From: Octopus sinensis
Lineage: Eukaryota
Length of the DNA: 64,000 bases
Direction: 5' to 3'
Assembly (NCBI RefSeq): GCF_006345805.1
Contig: NC_042998.1
Coordinates: 21,142,001 to 21,206,000, forward strand
Part shown: positions 54,195-64,000 of the stretch, one piece after another
How the letters are laid out: every line of letters begins with the position of its first letter
Numbering within the stretch: position 1 is the first letter of the stretch
Notes under the pieces: generated by a model
The model's database searches: none
Seen by the model: the letters and a program-made list of their open reading frames with translations, nothing else
Told to the model about the DNA's origin: nothing
Position numbers and translations under genes: made by a program

Positions 54195-54263
54195 GCGCAT
54201 GCGCAGAGTTGGATTACTTCCGGTAGGCCGCCGGGAGTTCCCTCATGCGCATGCGCATGCGCA
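54195..54263. promoter_or_regulatory. NRF1-type and ETS-type motif cluster (candidate promoter)
   Basis: GCGCATGCGC at 54195-54204, ACTTCCGG at 54216-54223, TGCGCATGCGCATGCGCA at 54246-54263; could alternatively belong to a solo LTR. Confidence 0.4.
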
Positions 54264-54882
54264 GAGAACTGCAAACTGAAAGCATTCCTGCTAAATCTGT
54301 CTTTTTGAATCAGCAACCCTACCGAGTGGACGTGACCAACCTTCTCTCAGGGAAAACCCTACATATAGAGAAGCTCTCTTCTAAGCGGGTACGGAGACAG
54401 TAATTTTTTGGCTCACACAAGTGAACATTTGCGAACAGTCTTGTGGACTTGGCTACCGGTTCGCCCTTAAGGAAAATATATGTGTATATATTTTTATATG
54501 CGAAACCCGAAAAATAAAGTATTATTTATTGCTATTGAAGACAGTCGGATCTTGGTTCTCCCTTCGACAATTGTATGTGACAAGATAAGACAGACACCCC
54601 TCAAGTGTTCCTGAGACCTTCATCTTGTTACAGGTTCTTTTAAAGCACTAGAATGCAAGTTGCTACATTCGGAAAGTATTTTCATTTTAGGCCCATATGT
54701 TCCAATCAACAATATCCGGTTTCTTATATTTCCTTTTAATCGAAGTTTTGATGGAAATGATTCACCAATATTCCTTGTGTTGATATTTGTGCATGTATTC
54801 AATAAAAAAAGAAGATTCTCTACATTTATTCCAGGACAGTCTTTTTTTCCGAATGACATTGCATATTGTTTTAACAACAAGA

Positions 54883-55112
54883 AAGGCGGCGAGCTGGCAG
54901 AAACGTTAGCACGCCGGGCGAAATGCGCAGCCGTATTTCGTCTGCCGTTACGCTCTGAGTTCAAATTCCGCCGAGGTCGACTTTGCCTTTCATCCTATCG
55001 GAGTCGATAAATTAAGTACCAGTTACGCACTGGGATCGATGTAACCGAATTAATCCGTTTGTCTGTCCTTGTTTGTCCCCTCTATGTTTAGTCCCTTGTG
55101 GGCAGTAAAGAA
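54883..55112 (+). mobile_element. Nin/Deu-domain SINE
   Basis: Full monomer inserted into the Dong element. Confidence 0.82.
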
Positions 55113-55679
55113 ATTATATTGTTTTATCAACAATATCGTGTTGCATAGGGAAGTAGTAACTTGATGTCATTTATCGACAGCCGCTAATCACATGTGTGAT
55201 GTCTTCCACAAAAACATGGCATACTCTACATTTTTAGCTGCATCTTAGAGCACCAACGTCCTTACTGTCTCTATTCTTTATTAGATATTTTGTAGCAAAC
55301 TCCTGTTCTCGGACTGCAAATGCATAGCCTTTGAAGTGTGATGTGATGTAGCAGTCACGAGTCCAAGAGAGGCTGTGCTTCATGTTGATATTACGGTTTT
55401 CTTCAAATCTTCCTGAAACATACTCATACATAATGTTTCATCTTTTTTTTGGGGGGTATGCTGAGTGTTTCACCTTCAGGTCTTTTTTGAGGAATACTAG
55501 TCCAGCTGTTTTGGAGTTGTGTGGGAGGTCATCAGGAAGAGAGTGCTTCCTCAAGAGCTCACTACTGACACGTAGGAATTTGTTCTCCTCGTTGTCCAGG
55601 ACGTATGTCCACAATATGTATTTATTTTCGCTGATGTTTCTTTGCAAGTGCTGTTGCTGTTGCTGCTGTTGCTGTTGAG

Positions 55680-56043
55680 CGAACGGTCTTCGTCCCAGAG
55701 CTCGCAAGATGGGAGAAGTCCGAAACGTGGTCCTTTGCTATTCGTAAGACCCGCAGAAGAGAAAGCAGGTCAACCTCCGACACCGAGAGCATCGACGGAT
55801 GGATGAATGCGCATCCAGGCTCAGTGGTTGCGTAGGAAGTCGGGGACAAGAAACAGGAAGAAAGAGTGAGAGAAAGTTGGGGCGAAAGAGTACAACAGGG
55901 GTCGCCACCACCCCTGCCGGAGCCTCGTGGAGCTTTAGGTGTTTTCGCTCAATAAACACACACAACGCCCGGTCTGGGAATCGAAACCGCGATTCTCCGA
56001 CCGCGAGTCCGCTGCCCTAACCACTGGGCCATTGCGCCTCCAC
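55680..56043 (-). mobile_element. tRNA-derived SINE
   Basis: Minus-strand TGGCCCAGTGG and GTTTCGATTCC boxes; related to 251-552 and 52420-52960. Confidence 0.75.
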
Positions 56044-57086
56044 TGCAGGTGCTGTCTCACAGAGACTATGCGACAGTCGAAGGCTGTCTACACTGGTCTT
56101 AAACCTCTCCTTCTTCATCTCTTCTTGGATAGAGCTTGTTGGTACTACTGCTTATGTGAACGTTTCCAGTTGATGTTAGGATCATGCTCGTTTTAATACC
56201 TATGGAGTGGAGTTCCCCGACATGTCAGTTAAGCAACTCAAATGTTGGAATTGGCACTGGTACGGCAAATGCATTGAAGGGTATTATCTTGTAAGGAGAA
56301 AGTCCCGATTATTATATTTTTCTAACTCTATTGTAAAACTCTTGCGTCTCTCTCTTTATTTACAGTGTCTTCATAGCAGCGACTCCATCTAAGAATTTCT
56401 GAAGGGGGAATATTATTCCGAAATATCATATCAGACTATGGATGACTAAATTACAACGAGTATATAGCTCATTGTTTGTATCGTACCATTCAAAACTTTA
56501 TATTCTTTACAAACAATACACAATGCTTCAAGCGAACTACAATACTTTCCTATTCATATGATATGCTTTAATTAATGCCTAGGTATTTGCAGCATTTTTT
56601 GTGTGGAACACGAGAGATAGTAAGACCGTTGATGTAGAGCTTTTGAGCTTGGGGTACTGATTCTCCTCGTTCAACAATCAAATACAAACCCGTATATCAG
56701 CTGAAAATGTTAATTAACTCCAGATGCTTTTTGGAATTGTTAACATTTTTAGTATAAATATTCAGGTCATACACGAACAAATTATGTGTTACCTTAATAT
56801 CTCTAGCAGTTGCAGAATCTAGCATGTAGCCAATTGCTTTTTGTTGCAGGAATGATAATGGATTAAATGCCAAAATGAACAGAATTACGGAAAGACAATC
56901 TCATTGGAATATTGCTTTTCAGATATTTTTAACATTGGAGACGATCATTCCTCTCTCAATAGTGAGTGTGAGAATCGTTGCCGAGTCTTTGTGAGACTCT
57001 CGATGGTAGTAACTAAGGTGGAAGGCAATCTAACCAAATGCAGACCCTTAGTAGCCACGAGTGGCGAATACATTCAAACACTTTCA

Positions 57087-57518
57087 AGATCTCTTCGCTT
57101 TGAACGGCCGTTTTTAACATAATTTCTAGGTAACTAAAAAATTTTAAACTTCGTATACTGGTAGACTGTGTTTAATAAAACATCGTTTTCTCTTGGCTTT
57201 ATTGAGAAAATTCTATAGTTTGTAAGATATTTGTTGTTTTTTTTTCTTCAATTTCTGCAATTTCAACCAATCAAATACGTCTATTGAGGTAAAAAAAACA
57301 TTCTGTGCCGTATGAATATGTCCCTCGATTAAGAAACAGATTGGGTTTATTTACATTTGTGAAGAAAAAAATGATACCCTTCCCCCCACTCCTAACCCTA
57401 ACTAACCCTAACCCTAAAACAGATTGAAATGCAATAGATCGATACTAGGGTCATAATTATGGGTGACAATTTCATATGACACCGCTAGAAAAAACTGCCG
57501 TTCAAACAGAAAAGATCC
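57087..57518. mobile_element. Telomere-repeat MITE
   Basis: TIRs; TSD CACTTTCA / CACTTTCC. Confidence 0.85.
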
Positions 57519-58309
57519 CACTTTCCCCTAACCAAGCCATACTGTCACAATATTTCTAGAGTGTTTTCTTACTTCAGACAGTACAGCTTTGTTTATCAAA
57601 ATTTGTTCGGCACATCCTCACACCCCTTTCTCTCCATCTGCCTGCTCATGAATCACTACGTTACTAGACTCACAAAGACCCTGGATGAAATGGTTGACGC
57701 AGCTTGTAAACAGTTTAAACATGATACTTAAGTAAGCAATGGACCTATAATTTCCTGCCAAATTGGCGGTTTCGTTTTTGACCACTGGGTTCGCCCGTGC
57801 TGTCGCAAGTCAATTAGTAACATTAATCTGATCTTCCATAGTCGTTTTGAAATGCATATTAAAGGATTTGTATAAAATGTCAGCCTTTTGTACCGGATTC
57901 TTCTCATTATGCAGTTTGCCTGCTGCTATAGTGAAACTTACCGGGTCAATTGTGTTTATTCTGCTGTCAATGTGGGTAGAGTATACTCCCTTTACTGTTT
58001 TGTTCCTTCTCGAGCCATGCCTGGTTCATAAGGGCCGGTTTCCCGGTTTCCTTGGCGTATTGGGTCCCCACCTGGACGTGACGCCGGTCCGTCGCAGGTG
58101 AGCTGCAAGATGCAGGAGGAAAGAGGACACATTTACAGAAAGGAAGATTTCAGTATTATATAGTGGCGAATTTGACAACGGCCACTACAATGCTCTTCTT
58201 TCCCATAAACAATCATGAGCATGGAAGAAATATAGCGGGAAATAAAATATCACAAGACAGGAAAAATGACAAAAGAATGAGAATTCAAACACTTAATATG
58301 AAAATTGCT

Positions 58310-58574
58310 CATAAGGGCCGGTTTCCTTGGCGTATAGGTTCCCCACCTGGACGGGACGCCGGTCCGTCTCAGGTGAGCTTCAAGATGCAGGAAGAAGGAG
58401 TGAGAGAAAGTTGTGGCAAAAGAGTCAGCAGAAGTTCGCCATTACCTTCTGCCGGGGCCGTGTGGAGCTTAGGTGTTTCGCTCATAAACACAAACATCGT
58501 CCGGTCTAAGATTCGAACCAACGATCCCTCGACCGCGAGTCCGCTGCTCTAACTACTAAGCCATGTGCCTCCAC
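58310..58574 (-). mobile_element. MetaSINE-like SINE
   Basis: Reverse-complement homolog of 251-552. Confidence 0.78.
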
Positions 58575-59071
58575 CCATTACTGTATTTAGCTACGATACA
58601 TAAAAGTTGAAATCCATTTTCCAATTTCGGATTTTTGACCAAAGTGATCTTAATCCTTTTTCGAGAGGGTGTTTTCTTGAGAGTAGTGCTTTCTTTCCTC
58701 ATCTTTCTGCGTGAGACTAATGTGTTGGAAGCAAACCTATGATACATACAGGCTCGTTCAAAAGTTCGTCTTCGGTAGAGGAGATTCTCTCACAGCATCT
58801 TGAGTTTGGTTAACCCCTTACATTGTAATTCAATAATTTCATTTCCATGCATAGTGCATATTTCTCCTTGATGCTCTTCAAGAGTGATAACAGCTATATA
58901 TATAAGGATATTGATATGCAAATACTTAACACCAGACGATTCCATATGCTCTCCGGCGACAGCATCAATAATTTTAAACATTGGAGCTGTTAGATTTTTC
59001 CTTAATATTGTTCAGAATGGCCTGTCGCTCAACGATATTTTCGGAAAAGAAGAAAAACATTCTATGAACTT

Positions 59072-59314
59072 GTGAAGTATATTTGCCATTTAAATATGGC
59101 TAACCTCTAAGGGTGGATGCTACTGCAGCTTGTAGCCCCAGGAGGACGCCTCCTCCAGCTGGCTATTGACACACTTTCTGTGAAGGTTGAAGACGGGAAG
59201 GATGGCTTACCTTTGCAAATACTGATAAGGAGGAGGTGCCCGCCTGGGGCTACAAGCTACAGTTAGCATCCACCCTTAGGGGTTAGCCATATTTAAATGG
59301 CAAATATACTTCAC
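59072..59314. repeat. Foldback/MITE-like inverted repeat (~80-bp arms)
   Basis: GTGAAGTATATTTGCCATTTAAATATGGCTAACC... versus ...GGTTAGCCATATTTAAATGGCAAATATACTTCAC; no clear TSD. Confidence 0.75.
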
Positions 59315-60045
59315 GATGTGTTGCAACTACTGTTTATAACTAGCTCTGAGATTCTATGAACTGTCGTTCCAAGACGTTTCTAAATTGTATATATTCCACA
59401 GTCACCTATGTTGACATAGCTACATCAGAAGAGTCTCCCGAATTTAGTGATGGCGGCTGGCAATTTCCGGTCAGTTATCAGTGTTTTGAGAAGATCATTC
59501 ACCATCCTAGGAGTAAGCAATGTTTTGAAAGAAAAATGCATGTTGCCGACGCTGCTTCGCCGTAAAGTTTTTTTGCTTTTTGTAACCATTTCATATATCT
59601 GACTGAAGGGTCATCACGGGCTTTTTCATAGCACCGAGGGAGGTCTTGGTTTAGAGGTAAATTCCAAGTAAAATTAGAAGAGTACTAACATCGTCTTGGA
59701 CAGCTAACTGGCTTTGTCGTACTATTTTCGTTGGTGGTGTTGTTATTGGTTTCAACTATGATCGTGTTAGCGAAATTCTATGTAGTGCAAAATATACTTT
59801 TAAAAATCAGGTCAGATTAATGCTACTATGGCAAGTAAAGATGGTTTCTTTTATTTATAACTGGAGAAATTAACCAGTTACAGATGGAGGCTAGAGGGTC
59901 GGTGTTATCTACGCAGAAGATCTTCAAAAGAATTTAAGCGGTCCTCTACACCTGCATGTCGGATGTTGAAGGCGCCTTACTCTAATTGAATACTCTAAAT
60001 GGTTTGAAATACTCGTCACGCCTTGGTTTTGTTCTTTTTCCTCTA

Positions 60046-60076
<31 letters not shown>

Positions 60077-60155
60077 TGTATGTATGTATGTATGTATGTA
60101 TGTTATGTATGTATGTATGAATGTATGTGTGTATATCTATGTATGTTTATAGTGA

Positions 60156-60490
60156 AGGCGCATGGCTCAGTGGTTAGAGCGTCGAGCTTACGATCGTGAG
60201 GTTGTGAGTTCGAATCCCGGACCGGGCTGCGTGTTGTGTTCATGAGCAAGACACTTTATTTTACGTTGCTCTAGTACACTCAGCTGTAGAAATGAGTTGC
60301 GATGTCATTGATGCCAATCCGTATCGGCCTTTGCCTTTCCCTTGGATGACATCGGTGGGATGGAGACGGAAGGCTGGTATGCATGGGCGACTGCTGGTGT
60401 TCCATAAACAACCTTGCCCGGACATGTGCCTGGGAGGGTAACTTTCTAGGTGCAATCCCTCGGTCAGTTATGACCGAAGGGGGTCTCAGT
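60156..60490 (+). mobile_element. tRNA-derived SINE
   Basis: A/B boxes; homolog of 51726-52040. Confidence 0.8.
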
Positions 60491-60967
60491 ATGTATGTTT
60501 ATGTACATACAAACATTAATACATACACACTTAGATATACGCACACTCATGTAAATAATTTTATACCTATATCTATGATGCAATGACCTTTATTGATCTT
60601 CATTGATCCACAAAAATCATATAATGGCCTGTATTGATGTTTAATTGTCATTAGATGTTTCGATCTTTCATCAATCAGGTACCCTTATACAGGACCGATC
60701 AAGCTCCAGTTTGTATCCAGTTGGCATTACCTTTGGTAGCACTGTTCATTCCAAGGTTCACACCTCCTCATACACAGTCACCTTGAAACAACCTCTGCTA
60801 ACTACACAGCCAGCTCGGTGGCCTTTTGCCCGTCATAACAATCACGTTGTAAGCTCTATAAAAATTCGTTCGCAAATTCTCTGCATCACAACTCAATGTC
60901 AATAAGCAAGTATGTGGGTGAATACAAATGTAAAATTTATAAAACCTGTTAGAGGAGCGTGGAAATA

Positions 60968-62235
60968 CGAGGGGCGTTCAATAAGTAATGCCCCTGACCC
61001 ACTTGCAGTTGTTTGATCTAGCTGATTTTGCATGTGCACTTATTTATACCTCTATAGATTAAGTGGCGAATTACAGCTCTGAACTAATTGTGGTTTCTGA
61101 TTTACAGGTGTTTGAACTGAGTCAAGTGTGAAATGGAGCCTGTTGAGTGTCGAGCAGTGATCTGGTTTTTGTATTTGAAAGGACGCTTACCACGGGAGAC
61201 TTTTGATGAAATGAAAGTAACTTATGGTGATGATGCCCCATCATATGACCTTGTAAAACGCTGGCATTGTGAATTCAAACATAGTCGGAACTCTGTGGAA
61301 ACAGCTCCCAGATCTGGTCGCCCCCTTCTGCCGTTGATGAGACGTCTGTCCGTCAAGTTGAGGCTGCCATTTTGGAAGGTCAACGCATAACTATTCGCCA
61401 AATAGCCCATAAGGTCAAGATTAGTACCGGGTCTGTGGAAACTATCATTCATGACAATTTGCATATGCAAAAGGTGTCTGCCAGATGGATTTCCAGGTTG
61501 CTCACACCTTTCCAGAAGCAAGAACGCGTTGAGTGCTCGAGGATGAATTTGGAGAGGTGCCAAGAAGATGAGTAAAAATTTTTCAAAAGACTGATCACAC
61601 AGGATAAAACCTGGGTCCATCACTATGATCCATAGACCAAATCCCAGTCAATGCAATGAAAGCACCGTGACTTACCTCCTCCAAAGAAGGCAAGGGTGCA
61701 GCCCTCCGCTGACAAGGTTATGCTCACAGTCTTCTGGGACCAGGACGGAGTAGTGATGACAGATTTCCTGGCAAAGGGTACCACAATTACAGGAGCCTAT
61801 TATGCTTCACTTTTGAGGAAATTAAGAGAAGCTATCAAAATCAAGAGGCGGAGCAAGATCAGCAAAGGCATCCTCCTCCTGCAGGACAACGCTCCGATCC
61901 ACAACTCGCGTGTCGCCAGATCAGAAGCACTGGCGTGCAGCTATGAACTCCTCCCCTTGTACCCTCAGATTTTCACCTCTTCCCAGCCATGAAGTTGATT
62001 TTGAAAGGAAAGCATTTCCCAAATGATGCAGCCTTGATTTCTGAAGTCACGTCGTGGTTGGAGGACCAAGCTGGGGTCTTCTACAAAAACGTTCTCCAGA
62101 GCTGTATCAAACGATGGGAGAAATGCATAACTCTGGGTAGTTCCTATGTAGGAAATGACTAATAACTGTGCCAAGTGTCGTTGCATTACTGCTATGGGAA
62201 GTGGGTCAGGGGCATTACTTATTGAACGCCCCTCG
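60968..62235 (+). mobile_element. Full-length mariner DNA transposon (irritans-like), TA TSD
   Basis: Perfect 37-bp TIR CGAGGGGCGTTCAATAAGTAATGCCCCTGACCCACTT; TA at 60966-60967 and 62236-62237. Confidence 0.95.
61133..62162 (+). pseudogene. Mariner transposase pseudogene
   Basis: HTH N-terminus, WISRLL, ITQDKTWVHHYD, LLQDNAPIH; frameshifts, stops and a deletion in the YSPDLAP region. Confidence 0.92.
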
Positions 62236-62670
62236 TACGTTAAATTATAAATATCGAAGAATGACTGGTAAAATAATGGTTGCTTAAAATCCTGTTTGAT
62301 GAAAGGAGTGTTGAAGTACGTTAAGAGGAAATTGCGAATATTTATTATTGAGCAATTTAAAAGCCCAGAAATACACCGTCTTTTTTCTCACCAGGATTAT
62401 TTCCTTTTCATTAAGCGTGCACCTAGAAGCAGAAATATTTTAGTACTGTCTCTGTCAATCACTCACTCCCTATATAAATACATACGGAAGTATGTGTATG
62501 TATATATATATGCGAATAGTTTTTTTATACGGCGCCGTGTTTTACACTCCTGTAAATAACAATGTTATTTTTATATAAGCTTTAATATTATTGCGATCAC
62601 CGTGCAATGACTAAGAAAAATAGTCAAATAAAGAGCATATAAGCCCTCGACAGAAAAAAGAAAGCTTTCC

Positions 62671-62743
62671 TATTCGCGTGGGGGGTCGAACCCACAACCC
62701 TTTGTTAACGCGACTAAGTGTGTTACCTTTACACCAGCGAATC
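62671..62743 (-). other. tRNA-like sequence (SINE head or pseudo-tRNA) between direct repeats
   Basis: Acceptor, D and T stems pair; anticodon arm is non-canonical (no U33). Confidence 0.55.
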
Positions 62744-62939
62744 AGCCCACGGTTTCTGTCAAATTTAAGAACTATATATTAGTTCTTATTTGATTTTATG
62801 TAAACACACTTTCTATATGCTTTCGGTGGGAATAGTTTTTTTATACGGTGCCGTGTTTTACAATCCTGTAAATAATAATAGTGGCATATAAGCCCTCGAC
62901 AGAAAAAAGAAGGCTCTCCTATATATATATATATATATA

Positions 62940-63350
62940 CTCTTTTACTCTTTTTCTTGTTTCAGTCATTTGACTGCGGCCATACTGGAGCACCGCCTTA
63001 AGTCGAGCAAATCGACCCCGGAACTTATTCTTTGTAAGCCCAGTACTTATTCTGTCGGTCTCTTTTGCCGAACCACTAGGTGACGGGGACGTAAACACAC
63101 CAGCATCGGTTGTCAGGCAATGCTAGGGGGACAAACACAGACACACAAACACACACACACACATACATATATATATATACATATATACGACAGGCTTCTT
63201 TCAGTTTCCGTCAACCAAATCCACTCACAAGGCATTGGTCGGCCCGGGGCTATAGCAGAAGACACTTGCCCAAGATTCCACGCAGTGGGACTGAACCCGG
63301 AACCATGTGGTTGGTTAGCAAGCTACTTACCACACAGCCACTCCTGCGCC
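62940..63350 (-). mobile_element. SINE family A
   Basis: Homology to the other copies. Confidence 0.85.
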
Positions 63351-63425
63351 TATATATATATAATATATATATATATTATATATATATATTATATATATAT
63401 TATATATATATATATCTATATATAA

Positions 63426-63486
<61 letters not shown>

Positions 63487-63487
63487 A

Positions 63488-63594
<107 letters not shown>

Positions 63595-63601
63595 CTATAT
63601 A

Positions 63602-63634
<33 letters not shown>

Positions 63635-64000
63635 TATATATATATATATGTACTCATCTAGAAAAGGAACTTAGACCCCACTACATGTCTAAATTCAAGA
63701 CCTGAACTTTTTGGATCATGCCCATATGTTAAATATTTGCTACGTTTTTGGTTTCCTCAAGACCACAGATAGAACTTGTCTTTTTATATTGTGCGATAGC
63801 ACTTCTTTCATCTCACTGAGGCTTTTCTCAAATTTTCATTCATGGTTTGAGGCATCAGGCGGGCGAGATAGTGTACATATCACTATATCAAGCTGCTTTA
63901 GATATACTATAATTAGTATAGAATATCTAATTATATATCATTTAAAAAAAATATTAATATAGGCTCCATGAAAGCGACTAATCTAAACAAATTTGTTGAG

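Larger units (their letters stand above)
54600..59800 (-). mobile_element. Long decayed Dong/R4 element broken by nested insertions
   Basis: NYRSIACL, GCAEQILINKAVL, LALNPLSFL, HNLFVYDL, FAVREQEFATKY; colinear with 46560-48705. Confidence 0.7.

Noticed and set aside
62671-62743. Functional tRNA gene
   Set aside because: The anticodon arm is mismatched, lacks U33 and the T-loop is oversized; the other tRNA-like hits are SINE heads.

Overview
Eukaryotic, AT-rich, microsatellite- and transposon-dense DNA, inferred to be octopus/coleoid from its SINE repertoire and TTAGGG repeats. It has a 100-N scaffold gap at 41885-41984. One real host gene is visible on the minus strand: an intron-containing dispanin/CD225-family membrane protein (PRRT1/IFITM-like). 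Its exons are 16204-15939 (Pro/Gln/Gly/Tyr repeats), 8859-8749 and 6502-6296, with a candidate ATG exon at 53850-53841 next to an NRF1/ETS-motif cluster. A diverged duplicate of the Pro-rich exon, with flanking intron, lies at 45186-44515. It has the same splice phases, an expanded 18-bp repeat and a Tyr-to-Asn switch, so it is either a mutually exclusive alternative exon or an orphaned paralog. The rest is mostly mobile DNA: three tRNA-derived SINE families, Dong/R4, CR1-type, RTE and Penelope (including Naiad-like) fragments, non-autonomous Helitrons, a telomere-repeat MITE with 8-bp TSDs, and a full-length dead mariner. The most unusual element is a TSD-flanked head-to-head pair of Pol III/tRNA-headed repeats that each carry a minimal hammerhead-ribozyme motif (16918-17688). 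Most ORFs in the supplied track are microsatellite or SINE artefacts. Repeat boundaries lacking a TSD or TIR are approximate, and all family assignments were made by eye without database searches.
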